Assembly: GCA_012520315.1 (NCBI GenBank) | Contig: JAAYOM010000059.1 | Coordinates: 25,316 to 89,315, forward strand | Direction of reading: 5' to 3' | Length of the DNA stretch: 64,000 bases | DNA from: Bacillota bacterium | GTDB lineage: Bacteria > Bacillota > Limnochordia > Darwinibacteriales > Darwinibacteriaceae | Shown here: positions 27,047-35,326 of the stretch, in pieces | Layout of the letters: every line of letters begins with the position of its first letter | Position numbering within the stretch: position 1 is the stretch's first letter | Notes under the pieces: generated by a model | Seen by the model: only the letters and a program-made list of their open reading frames with translations | What the model was told of the DNA's origin: nothing | Databases searched by the model: none | Position numbers and translations under genes: made by a program

Positions 27047-29493
27047 TAAAACCCCGCCTCCTTTCGGCAGATGCCCTGAAAGGCACAATAACTGCAGATT
27101 CTAGAACTAGCAGGTTCAATGGGGAAAGCTCCCTGCAAAATGCCTTGGGCTATATTCTGCAGAATTTCGGCAAATCTGTTGTTTTGATCAGCAAAACCCT
27201 CTTCATCCAGGACATTCTTGCCTTTTGTAACTCCGAGATCTTTGTAGTAGTCTGCATGGAAGATCCCTTTCCTGGATCGCTTGCCAATCAAATAATAGGC
27301 CGCGCCAACATTTGTACCCTGGGGAAGGATGTTTTGGGCCGCCAAGAGATAAGCCGCAATCTGCACGTCTTTCCCGGCTACCATTGCATTGATCTGGGGA
27401 GCTGATCCGGTTTTATAATCGTAGAGCACATATGCACCCTTGGCGTTGACGTCGACACGATCAATTCGTCCCCTGATTACTACAGATCCTAAGGGTGTTG
27501 TGATAGCCAGACCCTGAAACCATTTTTCCAGATACTTGGGGCGGAAACCCCGGTGTGCCCAGGTAAGGTCTGAACGGATAAAACTGCGCAGTTCTCTAAT
27601 CAGCCTGTTAGAAGGCTTGGCGCCTAGTTTGGCATATTCCTTTCTAAGCAGGCCTTCAATTCTAGCCTGCCCATCCTCTATGCTCGGAAGAGGCCCCGCT
27701 AAGTGTTCTTCCCAAAAGATCTGCAGCACACTGTGGACAAGATTGCCGTGATCCCGGGCATCAAGCTCTAATGACACCTCTTCATCGGGCACAAGCTGCA
27801 GGACATAGCTGCAAAAGAACTGATAGGGGCAGTTTGCATAGCGATTCAGCTGAGAAACAGATAGACCTTCCTTGAGTACCCGGTTCTGCAGCTCCGCGAG
27901 GAGCTCTTGATCTTCTAAGAAGCCTTTGCCCAAAAAGAGAGTCGGGTGATGAACTGCGTCTGCCTTGTTAGTCTTTGCTTCTTCTTCCACTCTTGGCAAA
28001 ATTGTAGCCGGCAAATTTAGTTTTCCATCCCGGTCTACCTCTGGATAGTACAAATTCACGCAGGATGCCGAACCAATCAAACGTTCATAGAGCTCTGTTC
28101 TAGCCAAGTGCGGCTTGATCTTGGTCAGCCAGTGGGCACCCTTGAGGGGCGGAAACTGCCCTTCAACCAAACCGCCCGCATAAAGTTGCTCATACATGTG
28201 CACTCCCAGCTGCTCGACGCTAATAATCTGCACCCGTTCTGAAAAAACCCGCCTGCCCTGAACCTGATAGCTGTCCAGCATGCTTTGGAGCAGCTGAACA
28301 AACTGCTCCGGGGTGATCAGCCAATCAAACTGGGAAAAGCCAAGGGCGATGCTGTGCATACCATCCCATGCTTTTACCAGCTCAGCCCAATTATCCAGGT
28401 CTTCTTCAGGTAAAATCCACTCTTCCGGTTGGAGCTTGTCCAATAAATTCCCTAATAAATCGCCATACTCCCCCAAAGGTCTAGTCGAAAGTTCCCTGCT
28501 AAGCTCACTTAGCGGTTCTAAGACTTTATCCCAACCAGGCTGGGACCCCAGATACTCGCGCCAGGCAGGAAAACCCTTCAGCGGCGGGGCTAGGCGCAGC
28601 AGACGCTGTTCTTCAGCTGTTAAGCCAAGGGGAAAGCCCCAGCCAGGTGCAGTAAGCAGTTCTAGGTGGTGTTTGTGCCATCCCTGCAGCTCTGCCAGGA
28701 AGGTTGTGAGCACTGTCTTCCCGACAGGGGTGTTGCGCAAGCTCACCTCAGGCACTCTCCAGGGGATTTTCAATTTATCAAAGACAGGGCGAATTATGGG
28801 CAGATACTGCCCGGGACTGGGAAAGGCAACTCCAAGTCTTTCCACCGGCACCCCTTGCTCAATTTGCCGACGCAGTGCTTCCCCGATCATCTCTACCTCT
28901 GCAATGGGATCGCTGGCTTTGTTGACTGTTATGACGGGCTCAGAAGCCTGTGATTGCATGAACTCTAACGACCTTCCCCGGGCAAAGCTTTCCATTAGTT
29001 CTTGTTCCAGGGGACGAAGGTCGCCCAGGCCCAAAAGCTTAATCTTCTGGGCCTCAGGCAGTATGATTCTTGCCTTGGCCAGCTCTATACTGCGTTTCAT
29101 CTGATCAGATGCATCCATAATGCCGTGTTCGCCTAAGATCTGCTTGTATCGGTTATGCAAAAGATACAGTTCAAACTGGCCCCTTTGGGGCATTGCTGTA
29201 AAGATTTCTTCACCAAAATCAGCTTGCCTAAATAACAGTTTGAGCTCCTCGATGAACCCGGGGTAATGGGCAATAGGCGCGAAAAAGCTAAGTTTTCCAG
29301 CATGTTCCTGTACACTCTGCCAAACAGCAATTTCCTCCAGCACCTTATCTTCCCTGTACGAAACCAGACCCTCCTTGAGAATCTGGGCAGCCAATCCAGG
29401 CAGCGTCATAACCAGAGAGGTATCGCCTTCCCTGATCAAGCGGCGCCTGAAACTGCGTATATAGCTGTTCGGAACCACATATAAGCAAGTCAC
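27046..29493 (-). CDS. addB: helicase/nuclease subunit B-like protein (PD-(D/E)XK nuclease with Fe-S Cys set)
   Basis: The nuclease motif is GRIDRVDV...YVLYDYKTGS. The Cys ligand pattern is CPYQFF...CSYCAFQGIC (C-x2-C-x5-C). It lies immediately upstream of addA. No P-loop is visible at the N-terminus. Confidence 0.7.
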   Translation of the reverse strand: MTCLYVVPNSYIRSFRRRLIREGDTSLVMTLPGLAAQILKEGLVSYREDKVLEEIAVWQSVQEHAGKLSFFAPIAHYPGFIEELKLLFRQADFGEEIFTAMPQRGQFELYLLHNRYKQILGEHGIMDASDQMKRSIELAKARIILPEAQKIKLLGLGDLRPLEQELMESFARGRSLEFMQSQASEPVITVNKASDPIAEVEMIGEALRRQIEQGVPVERLGVAFPSPGQYLPIIRPVFDKLKIPWRVPEVSLRNTPVGKTVLTTFLAELQGWHKHHLELLTAPGWGFPLGLTAEEQRLLRLAPPLKGFPAWREYLGSQPGWDKVLEPLSELSRELSTRPLGEYGDLLGNLLDKLQPEEWILPEEDLDNWAELVKAWDGMHSIALGFSQFDWLITPEQFVQLLQSMLDSYQVQGRRVFSERVQIISVEQLGVHMYEQLYAGGLVEGQFPPLKGAHWLTKIKPHLARTELYERLIGSASCVNLYYPEVDRDGKLNLPATILPRVEEEAKTNKADAVHHPTLFLGKGFLEDQELLAELQNRVLKEGLSVSQLNRYANCPYQFFCSYVLQLVPDEEVSLELDARDHGNLVHSVLQIFWEEHLAGPLPSIEDGQARIEGLLRKEYAKLGAKPSNRLIRELRSFIRSDLTWAHRGFRPKYLEKWFQGLAITTPLGSVVIRGRIDRVDVNAKGAYVLYDYKTGSAPQINAMVAGKDVQIAAYLLAAQNILPQGTNVGAAYYLIGKRSRKGIFHADYYKDLGVTKGKNVLDEEGFADQNNRFAEILQNIAQGILQGAFPIEPASSRICSYCAFQGICRKEAGF

Positions 29494-29504
29494 AGCCTAA
29501 CCCC

Positions 29505-30359
29505 CTAAGCCAAAAGCTCCTCAATAAATTGTGCTGCGCCATCCTCGTCACAGTGGGGAGCAATTCTTTTGGCCTTCTGCTTAAGCTCCTGGGAGCCATT
29601 TGCCATGGCCACTCCCAGGCCGGCCCAGGTAATCATCTCGATATCATTGACATTGTCACCAATCGCGACCACATGCTTTGCTTCCAGACCTAGCCGCTCT
29701 GCCGCCAAAGCAAGGCCAGTACCTTTATTGCAGTCTGCCGGAATGATCTCGATACCCTTCCAGGTATCGCCCTTGGATCCAAAGAGCATGCCGTTTACCT
29801 TTCCACCGAAGCTAGCGGCAAACTCCACATACAAAGCGTCTATCTTGTCCGCACGATCAATCAGCGAGATGCGCATAGGAGAAGCCTCCAAATTCACCTT
29901 TTCTAAAAACTCCGCTTCCTCACCCAAATAGTAGCCTAAGAGATTTTCTGGTTCATCCCAGCTGCCTTGGGCGGCGATTACCCTTTCGCCCGCGCTGTCC
30001 CCGGTGTATACGACATAATTAATGCCCAAAGAGTCTAGCTTGTCCACAATCTCCTGAGCAGCAGCAAGGTCGATGCCTCGCTGGATCAGGGTCCTTCCCG
30101 AAAAGAGATCATAAACCAATGCTCCATTATGCACGATAACAAGCTCGTCCAAGCCCAAGGCCTCTGCGAAAGGAAGGGTGCTCCCCAGTCTGCGCCCAGT
30201 TGCCAGGACAACTTTAAGACCTCTTTCCTTAGCAGAAAAAATCGCGGCCTTGGTGCGTGCTGTCAGCTCCGATTTGCTGTTTAACAATGTTCCGTCAATA
30301 TCTAAAGCAAGCAGCCTGTAATTCAAATTCAAATCTTGCACCTCATCTTCTAGAGCCAA
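29505..30359 (-). CDS. Cof-type HAD-IIB phosphatase
   Basis: Motifs LLALDIDGTLLNS, ATGR and GDNVNDIEM are present. The start codon is uncertain (TTG 30359 or GTG 30341). Confidence 0.8.
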   Translation of the reverse strand: MALEDEVQDLNLNYRLLALDIDGTLLNSKSELTARTKAAIFSAKERGLKVVLATGRRLGSTLPFAEALGLDELVIVHNGALVYDLFSGRTLIQRGIDLAAAQEIVDKLDSLGINYVVYTGDSAGERVIAAQGSWDEPENLLGYYLGEEAEFLEKVNLEASPMRISLIDRADKIDALYVEFAASFGGKVNGMLFGSKGDTWKGIEIIPADCNKGTGLALAAERLGLEAKHVVAIGDNVNDIEMITWAGLGVAMANGSQELKQKAKRIAPHCDEDGAAQFIEELLA

Positions 30360-32593
30360 ATTGAAACCTCGTCACGATCCATCAGCTCAATGCATTCCCG
30401 CAACTTGGCGTTAAGATGTGCGTCCTCTATTGTAGCATTGCGCACCTGCCTCAATAAATCGATGCCGCGCCTGAAGGCAAAGACCAAATCGCCCTCATCT
30501 ACCGAGGAGTCGTCTAAGAGATTTGTGAAACTTTCACCATTGCTCCAGCGGAAAGCTAGGGCTGCCACGTGATCGTTGAACTGCACGGTGGTGTAACCTA
30601 CCATCCTTTGTTCCATTTTGTTTAAAGAATGCCAGATGCGAATAATGGGCGAAAAGTCCAAGCGGTGCTTGATGCGGAATTCATTCTTCCTTGGTTCATA
30701 GCCCACCGAAACTAAAGCTGCATTGAGCTCGGCCGGCGGATAGGCATGGAAAAGCCCGTCCATGAACATCTCTGTAATCAAGAGTTCATTGCCGTGGATC
30801 TGGCTGGCCAAGAGTCCTGCTGTGGTCAGCTCATCATTTTCCAGATAGCCCAGTGCTTCTAAGAACGCTTTTTTATCAGTAAACTCCTGGATATACCGTT
30901 TGTGGGGATCGAGCGCCTCTTCCCGCAGCATTAAGCGTTCATACGCTGCAATTCTCCTCTTGAACCTCCTATGCTCCCGCCTTAAGGCCGAGCGCTGCTG
31001 CCCAGGATATTGCCGGAAAAATGCACTGTCAATGCGCTGGACTACTGAGCGGAGGTCGCGTTTGATGCCTTTTTTTGCCCGCCTGTTGTAGGTTGTGGCT
31101 AAACGACGTTCCAGTTCGCTTTTCTTGCGAATTAGACGGGCGAGGCCGCCTCTGCCCCTTAAGTTTTTCTCATAGGGCGCCAGCTCATCTTTGAGCATCT
31201 CAATTTGTACCAACACACCCTGGCGCTCTGCAGAAGCCTGGTAGGTGGCAAAATTCTGACCTAGGATGCGGTGAATATCCTGTTCGTTGTAGTTCTTCAC
31301 CAAGTTCAAAATGGAGTTGTATGTGAGGGCAAACTGGCTCTTCAGGGGCTCCACTTCATCCTCTTTCATACTTGGAAACTCACTTGGATCGAAGTAATTC
31401 AGATCGACGAGGGTAAAGACATAACCCACTTCATCAATGCCCCTCCGTCCTGCTCTGCCAGCCATCTGAAAGTATTCCCGGTTAGAAATTGCTCTAAAGC
31501 TGATTCCATCCCATTTGGTACTGGAATCAAAGCACACAGTCTTGCAGGGGAAGTTCAGGCCCACTGCAAAGGTTTCAGTACAATAGAGCACCGAAATCAG
31601 CCTCCGGGTGAACAGCTCCTCCACAATATCCTTTAAGACAGGCAGCATGCCGGCATGATGATAGGCTATTCCCTTCAAGAGAAGGCGCCTTAAGTGTGGC
31701 CAGCGCCCGCTTTCTACGTTAGGATAGCGCTGTAGCACCTCATCGATGATCGCTTGCACCTGAGCTTTTTGTGCCTTATCCAAAAAATCCTGTGCTTCAC
31801 CGAGTTCCATAGCGTTGCTTTCACACTTCCGCCGGCTGAAAGTAAAGAAAAGGCACGGGAGATACTGGTCTTTAATGGCCTCCACCAGCTCTAAATGGGT
31901 AGTCGTCGGCACATCGGGACGTCCGTCAATGCTTTCAGAGACAACCCTGCGATGCTTTTTCTGCACTCTGCCCATGGTTGTAACGCCTAGCGACCGTTCA
32001 TAAAGCGCGTGTTTAAGGGGGACAACCCGCTCTGCATGGGTGACCACTTCAACAGTTGAACCCTGCGCCTCCTCAATCCAGCTGGCCAGCTCATCTACAT
32101 TGGGAATGGTGGCGCTTAAGCCGAGAAAACGCATGGAAGGGGGCATGAAAATTAGACTCTCTTCCCATACGCTCCCCCGTTCGGGATCGTCAATGTAGTG
32201 AATTTCATCAAAAATCACGTAACGAACATCCTTAACACGCTCCGGATCTTCCTGCAGCATGTTCCGGAAAATCTCTGTTGTCATGATCAAAATGGGGGCA
32301 TCGGGATTAACAACAATATCGCCCGTCAAGATACCCATGGCGTCAGGGCCGACCAATGCTTTGAACTCCCGGTACTTTTGATTGCTCAGCGCTTTGATCG
32401 GGGCGGTATAAACCACCCGTCCCCCTTCTTCAAAGATCTTTTCGATAATATAGTCTGCAATCAAGGTTTTCCCCACTCCAGTTGGAGCAGCGACTAAGAC
32501 GGACTTGTTTTGGTCAATAAAGTCCACCGCCTGCTCTTGAAAAGGATCAAGGATGAAACCGCGATACGTTCTAGTTGATGGTTGCTTTGTCAC
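30350..32593 (-). CDS. Ski2/HelY-like SF2 DEAD/DEAH-box helicase with a DSHCT-like C-terminal domain
   Basis: Helicase motifs AAPTGVGKT, DEIHY, LSAT and AGRAGRRG are present. The C-terminal segment ELLITEMFMDGLFHAYPPAELNAALVSV resembles the DSHCT domain. I preferred the GTG start at 32593, with GGAGG 6 nt upstream. Confidence 0.8.
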   Translation of the reverse strand: MTKQPSTRTYRGFILDPFQEQAVDFIDQNKSVLVAAPTGVGKTLIADYIIEKIFEEGGRVVYTAPIKALSNQKYREFKALVGPDAMGILTGDIVVNPDAPILIMTTEIFRNMLQEDPERVKDVRYVIFDEIHYIDDPERGSVWEESLIFMPPSMRFLGLSATIPNVDELASWIEEAQGSTVEVVTHAERVVPLKHALYERSLGVTTMGRVQKKHRRVVSESIDGRPDVPTTTHLELVEAIKDQYLPCLFFTFSRRKCESNAMELGEAQDFLDKAQKAQVQAIIDEVLQRYPNVESGRWPHLRRLLLKGIAYHHAGMLPVLKDIVEELFTRRLISVLYCTETFAVGLNFPCKTVCFDSSTKWDGISFRAISNREYFQMAGRAGRRGIDEVGYVFTLVDLNYFDPSEFPSMKEDEVEPLKSQFALTYNSILNLVKNYNEQDIHRILGQNFATYQASAERQGVLVQIEMLKDELAPYEKNLRGRGGLARLIRKKSELERRLATTYNRRAKKGIKRDLRSVVQRIDSAFFRQYPGQQRSALRREHRRFKRRIAAYERLMLREEALDPHKRYIQEFTDKKAFLEALGYLENDELTTAGLLASQIHGNELLITEMFMDGLFHAYPPAELNAALVSVGYEPRKNEFRIKHRLDFSPIIRIWHSLNKMEQRMVGYTTVQFNDHVAALAFRWSNGESFTNLLDDSSVDEGDLVFAFRRGIDLLRQVRNATIEDAHLNAKLRECIELMDRDEVSIWL

Positions 32594-32728
32594 AGGCAAC
32601 CTCCTTTGTTTTCTATAGTTTGCCTATGCAGAAATCGCCTTTCTTTATGTATTCCCCATGTTCGGCAAAAAAGACAAGGCCATCGATCACTTGCAGTTAT
32701 CCTATACCTTTCGGGATCTGCTCGAAAC

Positions 32729-32761
32729 TTCCTGCACTGCCCGGTGTAACTGTGGTACAAT
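32729..32761 (+). promoter_or_regulatory. candidate extended -10 promoter for mntA
   Basis: TGgTACAAT lies at 32753-32761 with a weak -35 (TGCACT) 17 nt upstream, about 45 nt before the ATG at 32806. Confidence 0.3.
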
Positions 32762-32805
32762 AGGGTTGAAATCGAGAGACGCCCCCAAGGGAGGTGTGCT
32801 TTGAA

Positions 32806-33219
32806 ATGACTGTTCAGCCAGGACCGGAAAAGGTCAACGAGATCGCCACGCGCTATGGTCTAAAGCTGCTCATCTACTTTGGCAGCTATCAAACTGAGTA
32901 TTATAGCGCAAAAAGCGATATTGATATCGCTTACTTGGCCAAGCGCCCCTTAAGCACCCAAGCAAGGATTGGACTGCTAAACGATCTGATTCTAGCACAC
33001 CGCAAGAGTGAAATCGACCTAGTTGATCTTCAGACTGCAGAACCAATTCTGCGCTATGAAGTCGCCAGAAACGGAAGGGTGCTTTTCGAGGAAGAGGAGG
33101 GAATGTTCAGCCGTTACTCCCTTTATTACATTAAACGCATGTACGAACTGCAGCCAGTCATTAAAGAGAGGATGCGCATGCTTATGCAAGAGATAAAGGA
33201 GTTGAACATAGATGAGTGA
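32806..33219 (+). CDS. mntA: MNT-type nucleotidyltransferase, MntA-like (type VII TA antitoxin family)
   Basis: The motif is FGSYQTEYYSAKSDIDIAYL (GS-x9-11-D-x-D). GGGAGGTG lies 9 nt upstream of ATG 32806, whereas the track start at 32794 is GTG. Confidence 0.75.
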   Translation: MTVQPGPEKVNEIATRYGLKLLIYFGSYQTEYYSAKSDIDIAYLAKRPLSTQARIGLLNDLILAHRKSEIDLVDLQTAEPILRYEVARNGRVLFEEEEGMFSRYSLYYIKRMYELQPVIKERMRMLMQEIKELNIDE

Positions 33220-33451
33220 TGTCTTAGCGATTTGCAATAGTTAATTCCTTCGTTGATTTGGCGGAAATGGAGTCATTGAATTGGATTTTGCCTTAACGAT
33301 AGCTCCCTCAACTGGACTGAGGAACATCCTTGTTCATGAGTATGCGAAAATAGATGATACTATTGTTTACCACTCCATCGCAGACACCCTGAAGCATTAT
33401 GGCCGTTATGTCAAGGAAATTGCCGCCTACCTGGACTGTGAAATGGAATAG
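33212..33451 (+). pseudogene. hepT: decayed HepT/DUF86 (HEPN) toxin gene remnant
   Basis: ATG 33212 overlaps the mntA stop (ATGAGTGA), as in intact MNT-HEPN pairs. Reading in frame gives MSDVLAICNS, TAA (33242), 3 codons, TGA (33254), then FGGNGVIELDFALTIAPSTGLRNILVHEYAKIDDTIVYHSI...CEME stop. The R-x4-H HEPN motif is retained. The total is only 80 codons, with two in-frame stops. Confidence 0.6.
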
Positions 33452-33491
33452 GGCCTAATCTCTGCGGAATACTAAGCCTGGGAGGGACGAA

Positions 33492-34952
33492 ATGCAAAGT
33501 GACTTCGGCTTTAACTTAGACAACTCATACGCCCGCTTGCCTGAAATTCTGTTCTCCTTCCAAAATCCAACCCCTGTCCCTGCACCTGAGGCGGTTTTGA
33601 TCAATGCTAAGCTGGCTGAGTCTTTAGGTCTATCGCCCCAAGCGCTCAGAAGCAAAGCAGGAACAGCCATCTTGGCAGGCAATGAAAATCCACCGGGTGC
33701 CCTGCCCCTGGCCCAAGCCTATGCAGGCCATCAGTTTGGCCACTTCACGATGTTGGGTGACGGCAGGGCGATCCTGATCGGGGAGCAAATAACTCCTGCC
33801 GGCGAGCGCTTCGATCTCCAGTTGAAAGGCTCAGGCCGCACCCCCTACTCCCGAGGAGGCGATGGCAAAGCCCAACTAGGCCCAATGCTCAGAGAGTATA
33901 TTATCAGCGAAGCTATGCACGGCCTAAGAATTCCCACAACAAGAAGCCTGGCGGTGGTAACTACCGGAGAAAGAGTGCAGCGCGAGAGCCTTTTGCCAGG
34001 CGCTGTGTTAACTAGGACGGCCGCCAGTCACCTGCGTGTGGGTACCTTTCAATACGCCGCAGGACTTAGGGATGAAAAAGTGCTGAAGCTCCTTGCCGAT
34101 TACGCCATCGAACGCCATTACCCAGACCTCGCCCGGGAATCCAATAGATATTTAGGCCTCTTTAGGGAGACAATCCGGGCTCAGGCTTCCCTGATCGCCC
34201 AGTGGATGCTGGTTGGCTTTATTCACGGAGTAATGAACACTGATAACATGACAATCAGTGGCGAGACAATCGACTATGGCCCCTGCGCCTTTATGGATAC
34301 CTTTGATCCTGCCACAGTTTTCAGTTCCATCGATCACCACGGGCGCTATGCCTATGCCAATCAGCCGAAAATTGCTGCCTGGAATCTGGCTCGTTTCGGG
34401 GAGACGCTGCTTCCCCTCATCGATGTTGATCAGGAAAAAGCACGCACCCTGGCAGAGGATGAACTGAAGAACTTCTCCACTGAATACAACAAATATTTCC
34501 TGGACGGCATGGGCCGCAAACTGGGGCTGGCTGAACCAAGAAAAGACGACAAGGTGCTCGCAGGCGATCTATTGCAGCTTATGTATGAACATAAAGCCGA
34601 CTACACCAATACTTTTTTGGATTTAACCTTTCAGAGATTTGACCAAAGCGAGCTCTGCCGTTCAGAGGCCTTTTTAAGATGGCAAAGGCGCTGGCAAGAA
34701 CGGCTTAACGCAAACCAAGAACCCTGGGAGGAAACCCAAGATCGCATGAAACAAAGCAACCCTGCTGTGATTCCCCGCAATCACCGGGTGGAAGAAGTAC
34801 TGAGACTTGCGGTACAAGGGGGCGATTATGACCCACTAGGCAAACTGTTGCAGATCCTGGCAGCTCCCTTCGCCCATAGTCCTGAACAGGCCGAATTTGC
34901 AGCGCCTCCAGATCCAAATGCAGCTCCTTACCGCACATTTTGCGGGACTTAA
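33492..34952 (+). CDS. selO: protein adenylyltransferase SelO (YdiU/UPF0061)
   Basis: Motifs AGHQFGHFTMLGDGRAILIGE, LKGSGRTPYSRGGDGKA and HGVMNTDNMTISGETIDYGPCAFMD are present in a 486-aa product. Confidence 0.9.
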   Translation: MQSDFGFNLDNSYARLPEILFSFQNPTPVPAPEAVLINAKLAESLGLSPQALRSKAGTAILAGNENPPGALPLAQAYAGHQFGHFTMLGDGRAILIGEQITPAGERFDLQLKGSGRTPYSRGGDGKAQLGPMLREYIISEAMHGLRIPTTRSLAVVTTGERVQRESLLPGAVLTRTAASHLRVGTFQYAAGLRDEKVLKLLADYAIERHYPDLARESNRYLGLFRETIRAQASLIAQWMLVGFIHGVMNTDNMTISGETIDYGPCAFMDTFDPATVFSSIDHHGRYAYANQPKIAAWNLARFGETLLPLIDVDQEKARTLAEDELKNFSTEYNKYFLDGMGRKLGLAEPRKDDKVLAGDLLQLMYEHKADYTNTFLDLTFQRFDQSELCRSEAFLRWQRRWQERLNANQEPWEETQDRMKQSNPAVIPRNHRVEEVLRLAVQGGDYDPLGKLLQILAAPFAHSPEQAEFAAPPDPNAAPYRTFCGT

Positions 34953-35044
34953 CTCAAGTACATAATTCGTCATAGACAGCGTTAAACATAAGGTGTATAC
35001 TTAGATTTGTGGAGTAAGATTAAAAGCGCCAAGGAGGTGTCGAA

Positions 35045-35269
35045 ATGAAAGATCGAGTACAAGCGGTTTTAGATAAAATTCGTCCATCCCTTCAGGCCGA
35101 CGGCGGAGATGTAGAGTTGGTTGGGGTCAGCGAAGATAACGTAGTGACCGTCAGACTAACCGGTGCCTGTGTAGGATGTCCCATGTCTGAATTAACTCTC
35201 AAAGGCGGGATTGAAAGAATCCTCAAGCATGAAATTCCAGAAGTTGTTTCGGTAGAAGCAGCCCATTAA
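35045..35269 (+). CDS. NifU-like (Nfu C-terminal domain) Fe-S assembly protein
   Basis: The 74-aa product contains [13 protein letters not shown]...[11 protein letters not shown]. Confidence 0.8.
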   Translation: MKDRVQAVLDKIRPSLQADGGDVELVGVSEDNVVTVRLTGACVGCPMSELTLKGGIERILKHEIPEVVSVEAAH

Positions 35270-35273
35270 GCGT

Positions 35274-35300
35274 AAGAGGAGCCCAAGTGCTCCTCTTTTT
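35274..35300 (+). terminator. rho-independent terminator after the nifU-like gene
   Basis: A 9-bp stem (AAGAGGAGC / GCTCCTCTT) with loop CCAAGT runs into a T tract. Confidence 0.6.
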
Positions 35301-35326
35301 CTATAAAGCGTGAAAGGAGCATCCCT

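Noticed and set aside
28313-29104. 263-aa plus-strand ORF antisense to addB
   Set aside because: Its Ser/Arg/Pro-rich low-complexity translation is typical of the reverse frame of a real gene. addB on the other strand has nuclease and Fe-S motifs.
33212-34952. Functional link between MntA (AMPylating antitoxin) and the adjacent AMPylase SelO
   Set aside because: The coincidence is tempting, but selO has its own RBS after the hepT remnant and is a widespread housekeeping gene. Nothing in the sequence supports coupling.
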